Assembly: GCF_006345805.1 (NCBI RefSeq)
Contig: NW_021835515.1
Span: 1-39,457, forward strand
Origin: Octopus sinensis
Lineage: Eukaryota
Reading direction: 5' to 3'
DNA: 39,457 bases
Position numbers and translations under genes: made by a program. This document shows positions 22,459 to 34,843 of this stretch, piece after piece. Under the pieces are notes generated by a model. It did not search any database. It was not told the DNA's origin and saw nothing but the letters and a program-made list of their open reading frames with translations. How positions within the stretch are numbered: position 1 is the stretch's first letter; each line of letters starts with the position of its first letter.

Positions 22459-22460
<2 letters not shown>
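21020..22460 (-). mobile_element. 5'-truncated Penelope-like element (RT C-terminus, GIY-YIG, pseudo-LTR) inserted in (TA)n
   Basis: FGLSITIDTNLTVVNFLDVSLDL...YRKPND..YIN...HP (RT C-terminal region), then TIIYEATV...GNFKTRFNNHTLSF...TQLSNHIWS (GIY-YIG). (TA)n on both flanks; absent in other copies. Confidence 0.88.
21046..21108 (-). ncRNA. Hammerhead-like motif in the PLE 3' pseudo-LTR (variant core)
   Basis: Minus strand: AGAUAA - CCGAAGA - GAUG..GUGGA-UU-UCCAC..CAUC - U - GAA-ACUC-A-GAGU - U - UUAUCU. Stem I is 6 bp perfect; U4 is C and there is an extra U before GAAA. Confidence 0.7.
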
Positions 22461-22500
<40 letters not shown>

Positions 22501-22821
22501 GGCGTCTGTATTTCTAATTATATAATTTCGATTTGAAAAGTTTCAGTCAGCAGTTTATGATGATTGGCGGTAGAAGTGGAAGAGTTAAAATGAGAGAGGG
22601 GGAGAAGTAGTGATTGAAGCAAGAGAGAGAGAGGGGAAAGAAGATAAGGAGGGTTGATGTGTACGATTTTCAGTGTATGTGTATTTGTCTGTGTGTGTGA
22701 TGCAATTAGATACATAACCCTGCCTAAGCGTTTATTTAATATGAAACTGGAGGGAATATCGCATTAACGATTGCGTTAAATCACATAATTCTACTGTGAA
22801 GAAGTGAGTGAAACATTAGAC

Positions 22822-22890
22822 AAGGCGGTGAAAGTTGGCAGAATTTCAAGTATGTCAGGCGAAATGCTAAGCGATATCTATTCTGCCGTT
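22822..22890 (+). mobile_element. SINE family 2 head fragment fused to module D
   Basis: aaggcggtgaaagttggcagaa...gcgaaatgctaagcg...ctgccgtta, then aaagctgtaatgtaaaac at about 22903. Confidence 0.75.
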
Positions 22891-23021
22891 AAGAGGCCCA
22901 TCAAAGCTGTAATGTAAAACAAAAGTCAACCTGACATTCGACAAGTGAACACATTCCAAATAACTTATATATGTGCGTGTGTGTGTGTGTGTGTGTATGT
23001 GTGTCTATGAATGCATATATG

Positions 23022-23063
<42 letters not shown>

Positions 23064-23274
23064 GAGCATATGCAATAAATCTGAAATATCCAAACGTGCA
23101 TTTACAAATACATAATATATACATACAAGCTCTTACATACATACATGCAAACACACACACATACACGCACATATATAAACATATAAACTCCTACATTAAT
23201 ATATATGTTGCGTTATTTGTTTATTTACCTTTCATTTTTTTATTTGAAGTATATGAACACACCGCACACAATTA

Positions 23275-23314
<40 letters not shown>

Positions 23315-23661
23315 TATTTGTGTGTGCGTGTGTGTGTAGATATAGATTGACGTCTTTATTTCTCATTATATGAATCCGATATGAAAAGTTTGCGTCAGCA
23401 GTCAAAGATGAGCGTTGATAGTGGAAGAGTGTAAATGAGAGAGGGGAAAGAAAGTGATAGAGAGAGAGAGGGGGCGGGAGAAAGAAAAGTAAGAGGGTTT
23501 TGTATGTGTATGTGTGTGTGTGTGTATATGCGTAACTGTATGAGACTGTTTGCATCCGCGTAACTGAAATTAACTTGATATAATCTAAGTACTATTTTAC
23601 AAATTGTGATATATCTGTTGTATGTGTATATATGTATGGATATATATATATATATTTTAAT

Positions 23662-23706
<45 letters not shown>

Positions 23707-23854
23707 TATATATTATAAATACGCACACACAGTTATCAGAATTATATATACGTATGTATTCATGTATATGTATATATCTTTATATACATATATATATATA
23801 TATATATTTATTTATTTTATACATTCATGCACATTTGTGTGTGTGTGTGTGTGT

Positions 23855-23892
<38 letters not shown>

Positions 23893-24907
23893 CGAATCAC
23901 TGAAATCTGAAATATTATGAGAAGAAATTTACCAAAAACTTTCAACCATGATAAAACATTATTGCCTTGCTGATGCCTTCCATGAAATGGCACAAAAGAC
24001 GCAAATCTACATAGAAACACTTTATTCCCTTCTTCCATACCAAGAACAAAATGAGAACCAAAGCAGAACTCCAGAAACGGATATCCACAACCTAAATTCA
24101 ACCACACAAGACGTACTAAAAGAATTGAATGAACTCAGCTTGGAAAAAGGAGACATACAAAAAGAGAAATCAAATGAAAAACATCCGGGTTAAGATATTA
24201 AATAAAAGAAACCAAGCTTATTGCAGAGCCCTAAACAATGAAAACCTAGCCAACACTTATGAACAGTGGAGGGGCAGAGAAGAAGTAATACTCTCAAGAA
24301 ACTTTCGTATCAAAGAAATAACGTCAGAAGCAAAGGAAGAAACAAAAAATATTTGAGAAAAATCGTTTAAAAGCGACATTAACCGGAAATGATCAAAATA
24401 TTGTTATTCGATCAGACGACAGATATTTCATGTTTTAGAATCAATCTCACTTTTGCTCGATAACTATTGATCATCGATCTCTTCCAAAATACAATGTCTA
24501 AAGCCAACATTATAATGAAGTACATTTCTAAATTCTTTGTTAGACCCTCCAGTGTTCACATTGTCATCCACCACTCTCTTCGTGAAGAATCTCTGAAGTT
24601 TAAGCTGGATGTGCTAGAAATAGCAGCCAAATCAATAACGATAATAATTTACATGGTATATATAATTATTGACATGGAAGCAAACGACACATATTCATTT
24701 AACAATAGTTCGTATCAGAAAATTACGTTTGTGAAATAAAGTATATGATAGAGAAATTATAACAATTCTGAAGAGGAATTAAAGGTTTTAGCAGCTTTAA
24801 AGTTATGGGAAAAGAATTTTCGTTATCAAAGTAGCAATATTTTATACGAATGAAGGATGACAGGCGAGGATTTTGTGGTGTGAAGGGTCTTCAATTGTAT
24901 ATGTCCT

Positions 24908-24959
<52 letters not shown>

Positions 24960-25262
24960 ATGCACTGAGATATATAACTCTGCCCAAGTATTGCTTTGAT
25001 ATAACGATTATAATAATTGACACATAATTATATTCAAAACTTCAACAGCTCATCTGTACCCAAACATTCAATAGTTTGATGTCCTATTTTTATAGGAGTG
25101 AGGGGAAGAGGGAGAGGAAGACATGCAGGGGTCTCTAAACTGTTTAATGTATTTGTATCTCAGATAGTCTCCAGTATTCTGGATGCCTTCTGTAAAAAGT
25201 GAAAGGTAAAAATAAATTGAAAATATAAAGCTAATTATCTGCCGGTATCTGTGTGTGTGTAT

Positions 25263-25307
<45 letters not shown>

Positions 25308-25434
25308 TGTGTGATGCAATGAGATACATAACCATGCCAATAAGTTTCTTTAATATAAAACTGAAGTGAATATTAATGATAATATTAAATGATAATATCA
25401 AATGACATAATTTCATTGTGAAAGAGGTTTAGTC

Positions 25435-26515
25435 TTTAATGTTTTCAGTCTGGTCCACCACACTACTTGTTTAGCCACCGGGCAGAAGAAACTGCTTTTC
25501 CTTCCCGGCCTAAAGAAGGTGGCGGGGCGATCTTTACAATGAACTCGGCTCGTAGACTGGATGGACGAGTGCATGCAGGACTATTTCATCGCCCTGCGAA
25601 CACCCCCGACATATCCGTCCGACAACACTTTCGTATCTGTAGAGCTTGTCTTGAATCGGCAGAGCTCCCCGGTAGCACTGCCAGGCCAGGGATTTCTGGA
25701 AGTTAAGGACCAGTTAGTTGATTCCCTCAACCTACGCCCAGAATTTACCCCGATTTCGTCGTTGTTCTTTCCCCTCTACTAATCCCCTATAGAAATACAA
25801 GTGGAACTATCAACGCCCGCGTTGCCCGACAGACAGAAAGCTGTGGAGAGCTTGCCGACACTCCAGTGCCAGCGCCCTTTCTTGGCCAACGCTTGACTCA
25901 GTACTGTAGCTTCTTCAGTGAGACGAGCCGCGGAATGTCCCGTTTGACAAACAGTCATTCCCCTATTCTCACCGCTAAAGAAACAAAGGAGCTGTCGCAG
26001 TCTCAGCGCATGTCTGCGAATCATTAGCAACGGCATGTCCAGTACTCCACTGAGAGGTTGTTGACAGAAGATGGACCGTCTGATGAGCGGAACACGTCCC
26101 TTGTTTAGAAAGCGGAATAACAAACGCTCTAACTTTATCGGGCATGGGACTACATTCAGGCAGTCATAGATGACGGAAGCGATGTACGCATTCGCCACCT
26201 CGACTCGACCCTTCACGAACAGCTTCCTCTCTGCCAACTTCTGGGTGAGATCGACTATCCTGTTCGTCACATTCCACCCGTTGTTGTCCACCCCGAGGTC
26301 AAGAGCAAACCAGAATCCAAGCAGTTTAACCTGTCATTCCGTCTAGCGCCATACAAACTGTCGGTTGTTATGGGTCTGCCTCTCCAACTGCCGATTTGCA
26401 GGCCCACCGACCTCTCTTGGACGAGCTTTGCTCCTATCAACAACGCTTCGTGGACCTAATTATGATGACACAGTCCGTGTTAGCTGATACGAACATTCCA
26501 CATCCTAAGACACAC
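25435..26515 (-). mobile_element. Tx1a copy
   Basis: ORF 25779-26291 and flanks match 10985-12050. Confidence 0.85.
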
Positions 26516-26570
<55 letters not shown>

Positions 26571-26621
26571 ATTTATTGATAATATATATATATATACATG
26601 TATATATATATATATATATAT

Positions 26622-26753
26622 TTAGCGGTTCGGCAAAAAGGACCGATGGAATAAGTACTGGGTTTACAAATAATAAGTCCCGGGGTCGATTTGCTCGACT
26701 AAAGGGCGTTCTCCAGCATGGCCGCAGTCAAATGACTGAAACAAGTAAAAGAG
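26622..26753 (+). mobile_element. 5'-truncated SINE family 1 tail in (TA)n
   Basis: ttagcggttcggcaaaaag...gactgaaacaagtaaaagag; absent from the same tract in other copies. Confidence 0.85.
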
Positions 26754-27099
26754 TTAAAGTGTTTATATAATATATATAGGTGGCATCTGTATTTCTAATT
26801 ATATTATTTCGGTTTGAAAGTTTCATTCAGCAGATTAATGATGATTGGCGGTGGAAGTGGAAGAGTTAAAATGAGAGAGTGGGGAGAGGGAGTGATAGAA
26901 GAGAGAGGGGAAGAAGAAGAGGAGAGTTGATGTGTACGATTTTGAGTGTGGTGTGTGTGTCTGTGTGTATGAAGCAATTATACACAACCCTGCCTAAGCT
27001 TTTCTTTATATGAACTGAAGGAATATCACATTAACCATTGCATTAATGACATAATTTTATTGTAAAGAAGTGAGTGAAAAGTTTAGCCGGAAAAAATTC

Positions 27100-27112
27100 C
27101 AATAATAATAAT

Positions 27113-27152
<40 letters not shown>

Positions 27153-27164
27153 TATAATAATAAT

Positions 27165-27218
<54 letters not shown>

Positions 27219-27273
27219 GTAATAATATAATAATTATAATAATAATAATAATAGTAATAATAATAATAATACT

Positions 27274-27328
<55 letters not shown>

Positions 27329-27383
27329 TTAATAATAATAATGATAATGATACTAATACTAATATAATCAAATAATAATAATA
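27100..27383 (+). repeat. (TAA)n microsatellite
   Basis: Directly visible, about 280 bp, imperfect. Confidence 0.95.
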
Positions 27384-28446
27384 TCTACTTCAGAAGGAAG
27401 GAAAACTGATCCAGATAGCGGCAAAACACGAGCAAAACAAAAAACTGTTCTCAGTATTTAAGGAAGCTGACAATACAAACAGGAAATCATACCACTAATA
27501 ACATGAAAGAAGAAGATGAAGAAACAACAATAGCTATAAAACAAATGAAATCCAAACTAAAAATAGAACAGTAACGACCCATGATAAAACGATGGCAGAA
27601 AAGCCCCTTCATGGTAAATACTGGACTAAACTAAACGCAAAAGAATAGACAAAGAAAAATCCCAGCAATTGTTGAGAAGCTCAGGACTCAAAGCAGAAAC
27701 AGAGGACTTTTAATTATTGCAGCACAAGACCAAAAGCCTCCCCACAGAAATTACCAAAACATATAATGAAAAGAAATATACAAGTAACTGCAGAATATGT
27801 GGAGATGGACAAGAAACAATAAATCATATTATCTCTAGCTGTCCAGTCCTGGCTAAGAAGGAATATATTCACGACCTGACAGAGTTTGAACCTACATACA
27901 CTGGAAGCTATGCCAACATTATGGAATACACAACAGAAAAAAGATGGTATAGGAACACACCAGAAAAGGTCACAGAAACGAGATAGCAACCATACTCTGG
28001 ATATGCCGATACACACAGATAGAGAAATTTAGGCCAACAGACCAGATATAGTTTGTCAGAGATCATGAGAATAAAATGCTTTCTGATTGATGTATCAATA
28101 CCGGCAGATGACAACGTGTCTCTAAAAGAAATGGAGAAACTTTCAAAATACAAGACCTGGATATAGTGGTACTAGAATGTGGAATCTGAAAACAGAAACA
28201 ATTCCTATCATAGTAGTGCATTAGGCATGATACAAAAATATTCAGACAAATACATAACAAAAACACCAGGACTTTACAAACACATATAACATACAGAAAA
28301 TTGCACTACTAGGCACTGCCCACATCCTACGCAGAACACTTTCCATACAATAACCATCAGAGCATCACAACAAATCACAGCACATACCCAAGGCACCAGA
28401 GCTGCGCTCGGTAGTGAAGTGAAAGCACGCTATAAAAATAAAACTA

Positions 28447-28449
<3 letters not shown>
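27384..28449 (+). mobile_element. R4/Dong-type LINE 3' fragment (restriction-like endonuclease), 5'-truncated
   Basis: CRICGDGQETINHIISSCPVL (CCHC knuckle), ANRPDIV..LIDVSIPADDN..EK..KYKDL (PD-(D/E)xK). 3' UTR ends in (TAA)n. Confidence 0.85.
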
Positions 28450-28541
<92 letters not shown>

Positions 28542-28655
28542 TATTATTAATATTTGTATTATTATCATTATCATCATCATTATTATTATTATTATTATTA
28601 TATTATTATTATTATTATTATTATTTTTGTTATTATTAATATTATTATTATTATT
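28450..28655. repeat. Head-to-head (TAA)n/(TTA)n tract between the two Dong-type tails
   Basis: Strand switch at about 28481-28483. Confidence 0.95.
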
Positions 28656-30554
28656 CAGTAGTTTTATTTTTATAGCGTGCTTTCACTTCACTACCGAGCG
28701 CAGCTCTTTGTGCCTTGGGTATGTGCGTGATTTGTTGTGATGCTCTGATGGTTATTGTATGGAAAGTGCTCTGCGTAGGATGTGTGCAGTGCCTAGTTGT
28801 GCAATTTTCTGTATGATATATGTGTTTGTAAGTCCTGGTGTTTTTGTTATGTATTTGGTCTGAATATTTTTGTATCATGCCTAATGCACCTACTATGATA
28901 GGAATTGTTTCTGTTTTCAGATTCCACATTCTAGTTACCTCTATTTCCAGGTCTTTGTATTTTGAGAGTTTCTTCCATTTCTTTAGAGACACGTTGTCAT
29001 CTGCCGGTATTGATACATCAATTAGAAGCATTTTTTTTTTTCTCATGATCTCTGACAACTATATCTGGTCTGTTGGCCTTAATTTTCTCTATCTGTGTGT
29101 ATCGGCATATCCCGAGTATTGTTGCTTTCTCGTTTTCTGTAAACCTTTTCTGGTGTGTTCCTATACCATCTTTTTTTCTGTTTTATTCCATAATGTGGGC
29201 ATAGCTTCCAGTGTATGTAGGTTCCAACTCTGTCAGTCTGTGAATATATTCCTTCTTAGCCAGACTGGACAGCTAGAGATAATATGATTTATTGTTTCTT
29301 GTCCATCTCCACATATTCTGCAGTTACTTGTAATATTTCTTTTCATTACATGTTTTTGGTATTTCTGGTGGGGAGGCTTTGGTCTTGTGCTGCAATTAAA
29401 AATCCCTCTGTTTCTGCTTTGAGTCCTGAGCTTCTCAACCATTGCTGGGATCTTTCTTTGTCTATTTCTTTTGCGTTTAGTTTAGTGCAGTATTTACCAT
29501 GAAGGGGCTTTTCTTGCCATCGTTTTTATCATGGTTCGTTGCTGTTCTATTTTTTAGTTTGGATTTCATTTGTTTTATAGCTTTTGTTGTTTCTTCATCA
29601 TCTTCTCTTCTTCTTCTTCGTGTTTATTAGGTGGTTATGATTTCTTGTTTGTATTTGTCAGCTTCCTTAATACTGAGAACAGTGTTTTGTTTTGCTCGTG
29701 TTTTGCTGCTATCTGGATCAGTTTTCCTTCCTTCTGATGTAGGTATTTTTGCAGTCCTATGGTGGTTATTTTATAGTAGTGTTTCCAGCTGTATAAGGCC
29801 TCTGCCACCTTCTATACGTTGTATATATAGTCTTTCTATGTCAGATTTTGGGTGATGCATCCTCGATCCTGTCAGTTTTTCTTTGTTTTCCTATCTATTT
29901 TGGACAGTTCATTTCGTGTCCAGTTAAGGATATTGTAGCTGTAACTTATAACTGGGACAGCTAAAGTGTTGATACCTATTATCTTGTTTTTAGCATTGAG
30001 CTCTGTTTTTAGTATTGATCTAACTTGTCTAAATATTCTTTTTTTTATTTTCTCTTCATTTGTGTGTTTGGTCTTATCTAGTTCATGGATTCCTAAGTAT
30101 TTGTAAGTTTTGGCTTCGGTCTAATTCTTTATTTCATTGGTTTTATCTAGTGTGATGTTGTTACTCTTAACTAGTTTTCCTCTTTTTCATGTTACTTTGG
30201 CGCATTTTCTAATCCAAATTTTCATATTCTGTTTCTTTGGTAAATCCATGAACTGTCTTTAATAGTGTTTTCAGCTGTTTGTCATTTGCACGTATAGTTT
30301 TTAGGTCATCCATATATAAAAGGTGGCTGATCATTTTGCCGTAACATTTATATCCGCATCCAGTTCTATTTAGCATATCAGATAGAGGTGACAGTGCCAA
30401 GCAGAAAAGGAGTGGAGAGAGCGTGTCTCCCTGGAATATTCCTCTTCTGATGGGGATGTCTTTGGTTTTCATGAGTCCCTCTTTTGTTTGGAGATGTAGG
30501 ACTGTTTGCCATTTATTCATAGAGTGCTCTATGAATTTTATGATTGTTGGTGCT
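28656..30554 (-). mobile_element. R4/Dong-type LINE, about 1.9 kb, 5'-truncated within RT
   Basis: RRGIFQGDTLSPLLFCLAL...HLLYMDDLK (RT), CRICGDGQETINHIISSCP, LIDVSIPADDN...KYKDLEIE...IPIIVGALG. Same family as 27384-28449; (TTA)n on both flanks. Confidence 0.88.
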
Positions 30555-30556
30555 AC

Positions 30557-30605
<49 letters not shown>

Positions 30606-30644
30606 TGCCAATAGGGCAGTCATATGGGAGAAGATACAGTAGAA

Positions 30645-30875
30645 AATGCGGTGAGAGCTGGCAGAATCTTCAGGACGTCGGGCGAAATGCTTAGCGGTAT
30701 TTCTTCTGCCGTTACCTTCTGAGTTCAAATTCCTCCGAGGTCGACTTTGCCTTTCATCCATTCGGGGTCGATTAAAGAAGTACTAGTTACGCACTGTGGT
30801 CGATATAATCAACTTAATCCGTTTGTCTGTCCTTGTTTGTCCTCTCTGTGTTTACCCCCTTGTGGGTAGTAAAGA
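30645..30875 (+). mobile_element. SINE family 2
   Basis: Paralog of 12861-13085 with intact gagttcaaattcc box B. Confidence 0.88.
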
Positions 30876-31572
30876 AACAGGATACAGTAGACATGGACAG
30901 TGGAGATTTAACGCTGAGACAACGAGTACACAGTTAAAAGAATAACAATGATATCCGACAAAAGAATATAACAATGAAAGTTCGTAATAGGTGCAGGTAA
31001 TCCCCTGGAGTTGGCTCAGGTACCCCCACCCCAATCCTGAACCACTCGACGCCTCGAGGGCATCTGGGAAGAGCACTCTCCTCCCTCTCAAATTCATTAG
31101 CCCACAGGTGCGTTATTAGAGTAGGTCCACTCACACGTACCATTTTCGCTATTCATCCACCTCTTGGCAAACGTACTGGGAGGCGGCACTTCACTCTGCA
31201 CCCTCATCTTCCTTTCCAAAGGAAATTTGAGAAGTTGACGAGTGATTGGCCGTAGAGAAAAGTCTCTGCCTTTAGTCCTTTTAACCTGATCCACAATACA
31301 GCCTCTTTCGCTACTGTTATAAGAATCGAAGTAAATAGTGTCACCTTCCGGACTGATGGAAAGCGGCTGAGCGATCTTCACTACGGACTCGGCCGATAGA
31401 TAGAACCACCGTACACGTGATAACAGCTGTTCAACATAACTCCACATGTCAGTAATGCAAGGACACTGGACGAGTGCGTGCAGAACGCTTTCATCGCTCT
31501 GCGCACCTCTCGGGTAGGTCGGTCAGACAGCACTTCCGTGCTTGTAGAGTTTATCTCGATCCGGCAGTGCCC
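30876..31572 (-). mobile_element. Tx1b copy, truncated by a deletion that joins it to a SINE1 tail
   Basis: Matches 13086-13758, then switches at about 31572 to the SINE1 tail (31575-31755). Confidence 0.85.
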
Positions 31573-31574
31573 CG

Positions 31575-31755
31575 CCCATGCTGTGTGTTTTACGTCCCTG
31601 TAACTTAGCGTTCCGGCAAAGAGACCGACAGAATAAGTACTAGGCTTATAAAGAATAAGTCCTGGGGTCGATTTACTCGACTAGAGGTGGTGCTCCAGCA
31701 CGGCCACATTCAAATCATAGAAACAAGTAAAAGAGTAAAAAGAGAGAGAGAGAGA
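31575..31755 (+). mobile_element. SINE family 1 tail followed by module G
   Basis: atgctgtgtgttttacgtccctgtaacttagcg...gtaaaagagagagagagagagagctcatctg, the same right flank as at 10603. Confidence 0.85.
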
Positions 31756-32144
31756 GAGCTCATCTGTACCCAAACATTCAATAGTTTGATGTCCTATTTT
31801 CATAGGAGTGAGGGGAAGAGGGAGAGGAAAACATGCAGGGGCCTCTAAACTGTTTAACGTATTTGTATCTGAGAAAGTCTCCAGTATTCTTGATGCCTTC
31901 TGCAAAAAGTGAAAGATAAAAAAGGAAATTGAAAAAAAAACTAATTGTCTTCCAGTATCTGTGTGTGTGTCTGTGTGCGTGTGTGTGTGTGTCTGTGTGT
32001 GTTTTTGTGTGATGCAATGAGATACATAACCATGCCTATAAGTTTCTTTAATATAAAACTGAAGTGAATATTAATGATAATATTAAATGATAATTTTAAA
32101 TGACATAATTTTTCTGTGAAGAAGGTTTAGTCTTCAATGTTTTC

Positions 32145-33205
32145 AGTCTCGTCCACCACTCTACTTCTTTAGCCACCGGGCAGAAGAAACTGCTTTTCAT
32201 TCCCGGCCAAAAGAAGGTGGCGGGGCGAAATTACAATGAACTCGGCTCGTAAACTGGACGGATGAGTGCATGCAGGACTATTTCCTCGGCCTGCACACAC
32301 CCCCGACATATCCGTCCGACAACACTTTCGTATCTGTAGAGCTTGTCTTGAATCGGCAGAGCTTCCGGGTAGCACTGCCAGCCCAGGGATTCCTGGAAGT
32401 TAAAGACCAGTTAGTTGATTCCCTCCACCTCCGGCCAGAATTTACCCCGATTTTGTCGTTGTTCTTTCCCCTCTACTAATCCCCTATACAAATCCATGTT
32501 GGAACTATCAACGCCCGCGTTGCCGAATGGCAGAAAGCTGTGAAAGCTTGCCGACACTCCAGGTGCCAAGCGCCCTTTCTTGGCCAACGCTTGACTCAGT
32601 ACTGTAGCTTCATCAGTGAGACGAGCTGCGGAAAGTGCCCGCTTCACAAACAGTCAATCCCCTATTCTCACCGCTAAAGAAACGAAGGAGATGTCGCAGT
32701 CTCAGCGTATGTCTGCGAATCATTAGCAACGACATGTCCAGTACTCTACTGAGAGGTTGTTGACAGCAGATGGACCGTCTGATGAGCGGAACACATCCCT
32801 TCTTTAGAAAGCGGAATAACAAACGCTCTAACTTTATCGGGCATGGGACTACATTCAGAAAGTCATAGATGACGGAAGGGATGTACGCATTCGCCACTTC
32901 GACTCGACCCTTCACGAACAGCTTCCTCTCTGCCAACTTCTGGGTGAGATCGACTATCCTGTTCGTCACCTCCCAGCCGTTGTTGTCCACCCCGAGGTCA
33001 AGAGCAAACCAGAATCCAAGCAGTTTAACCTGTCATTCCGTCTAGCGCCCTACAAACTGTCGGTTGGTATGGGTCTGCCTCTCCACCTGCCGATTTGCAG
33101 GCCCACCGACTTCTCTTGGATAAGCTTTGCTCCTATCACCGCTTCGTGGCCTGTATTATGATGCCGTAGTCTGTGTTAGTTGATACGAACATTCCACATC
33201 CTAAG
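32145..33205 (-). mobile_element. Tx1a copy
   Basis: ORFs 32613-32990 and 32411-32647 match 10985-12050. Confidence 0.85.
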
Positions 33206-33262
33206 ACATATATATACATATGGCATCTGTATTTCTAATTATATAATTTCGATTTGAAAATC

Positions 33263-33943
33263 AATTCTGAATCAGACGTAAATGCTTTGAAAATGACGTG
33301 GTAAAAATGTGAAAAGTTCAAGTGGTTGTAAGGAATTTAACAAGATACCGATCGGCCCAATTACTGGGACGTAAAAAACCGAAACCTCTTCCCAAGCGGT
33401 CATAGTGGATAAACTGAAACACATACAATATACATACACACGCTCACATATACATAGATATATACATATATGTCAAATATATATATATATTATATATACA
33501 TAAGTGTGTGTGTGTGTGTGTGTATATATATAACAAAGTAAGTTTGGGGCTACTAATAAATATATAATTGAAATATAGGATAAAATTTTACGAGATTTAT
33601 CAAGTAGTTATTGTGAAAACCTCAGAAGGGATAACTTATTTAATTATTCTCTATGAATATATTTTATATATTAAGGGCATTACTTATACATAAATGCCTC
33701 ACGCTAGGAGGGTCTCTTGAAGTATAAACTACTATAATGCCCACATTGTACAAAACGCGAGGAATGCAACTCTCAAAACGAGCCTCCAGAAACAGACGTA
33801 GCGAACATCATATGATTCCGTAATTAGTGCACAAATGCACTTTTCACCTCATCAGCGCAGCCTTGTCAAGAATAAAAATTAACAAAAATCAACGTACCAG
33901 ACGAACACTTGTATCCTGGCGTTTGATACAATGTGGCTATTAT
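33263..33943. repeat. Copy of 1921-2925 lacking the SINE3 insertion; MITE truncated at its right TIR
   Basis: Colinear match. The left MITE TIR is at about 33669-33739 and the right TIR is cut after ..ggctattat. Confidence 0.9.
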
Positions 33944-34298
33944 ATTCAGGCAGTCATAGTTGACGGAAGCGATGTACGCATTCGCCACCTCGACTCGACC
34001 CTTCACGAACAGCTTCCTCTCTGCCAATTTCTGGGTGAGATCGACTATCCTGTTCGTCACCTCTCACCCGTTGTTGTCCAACCTCGGGGTCTACAGCAGA
34101 CCAGACCCCAAACAGTTTAACCTGTCTTTCACTTTAGCGCCCTACAAACTGTCGGTGGTATGGGTCTGCCTCTCCATCTGCCGAGTTGCAGGCCCACCGA
34201 CTTCACTTGGATAAGCTTTGCTCCTATCAACGCTTCGTGGACAGTATTATGATGACTTGGTCCGTGTCAGCGGATACGAACATTCCACATCCTAAGAC
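33944..34298 (-). mobile_element. Partial Tx1a copy
   Basis: Matches 32853-33205 and 26154-26515. Confidence 0.85.
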
Positions 34299-34302
34299 AT
34301 TT

Positions 34303-34337
<35 letters not shown>

Positions 34338-34756
34338 GCATCTGTATTTCTAATTAGATAATTTCGATTTGAAAATTTCAGTCAGCAGTTTATGATGATT
34401 GGCGGTGGAAGTGGAAGAGTTAAAATGAGAGAGGGGTGAGGGTAGTGGGATAGAAGACAGAGAGTGGGGACAGAGAAGGAAGGGAGAGGTTGAGTGTTTA
34501 CAATTGGTGAGGGTGTGTGTGGGTGGTGTGTGTCTCTGTGTGTGAATGTGATAAATATTAAACATAACCCTGCTTAAGCTTCTTCTCTATATGATAAACT
34601 GGGAATATCACATTAACGATTGCATTAAATGATATAATTTTACAGTGAAGAAGTGAGTGAAAATGTAGCCGGAAGAACTTGAAAGTAACAAAAACAATAA
34701 TAATATATAATTATAATAATAAAAAAATAATAATAGTAATAATAATCAATAATATA

Positions 34757-34787
<31 letters not shown>

Positions 34788-34843
34788 TATTATTATTATT
34801 ATTATTATATTATTGATTATTATTATTATTATTATTATTATTT

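Larger units (their letters stand above)
16125..22890. repeat. Array copy 2: D-V-P-B-[insert]-K2-SINE1-G-Tx1a(deleted)-[PLE]-F-SINE2 stub
   Basis: Modules colinear with copy 1, with extra insertions at 18049-18675 and 21020-22460. Confidence 0.88.
22903..27095. repeat. Array copy 3: D-B-K-(no SINE1)-G-Tx1a-[SINE1 tail]-F
   Basis: Colinear with 8017-12350. Confidence 0.9.

Noticed and set aside
22535-22560. CUGCUGA-CU-GAAAC on the minus strand of module F (CUGCUGA-CG-CAAAC in B) as a minimal hammerhead
   Set aside because: A6 is C, stem II is absent and stems I and III are unsupported. At most a fossil.
28365-28580. Poly-I, poly-L, poly-N and poly-Y ORFs (also 30423-30761 and 35155-35505) as membrane or low-complexity proteins
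   Set aside because: These are translations of (TAA)n/(TTA)n tracts.
27384-29735. Dong inverted repeat as a pure read fold-back artefact
   Set aside because: Not favoured: the arms differ by substitutions and a multi-base indel, the central TAA and TTA lengths are asymmetric, and symmetry stops at the left truncation point. It is not fully excluded without reads.
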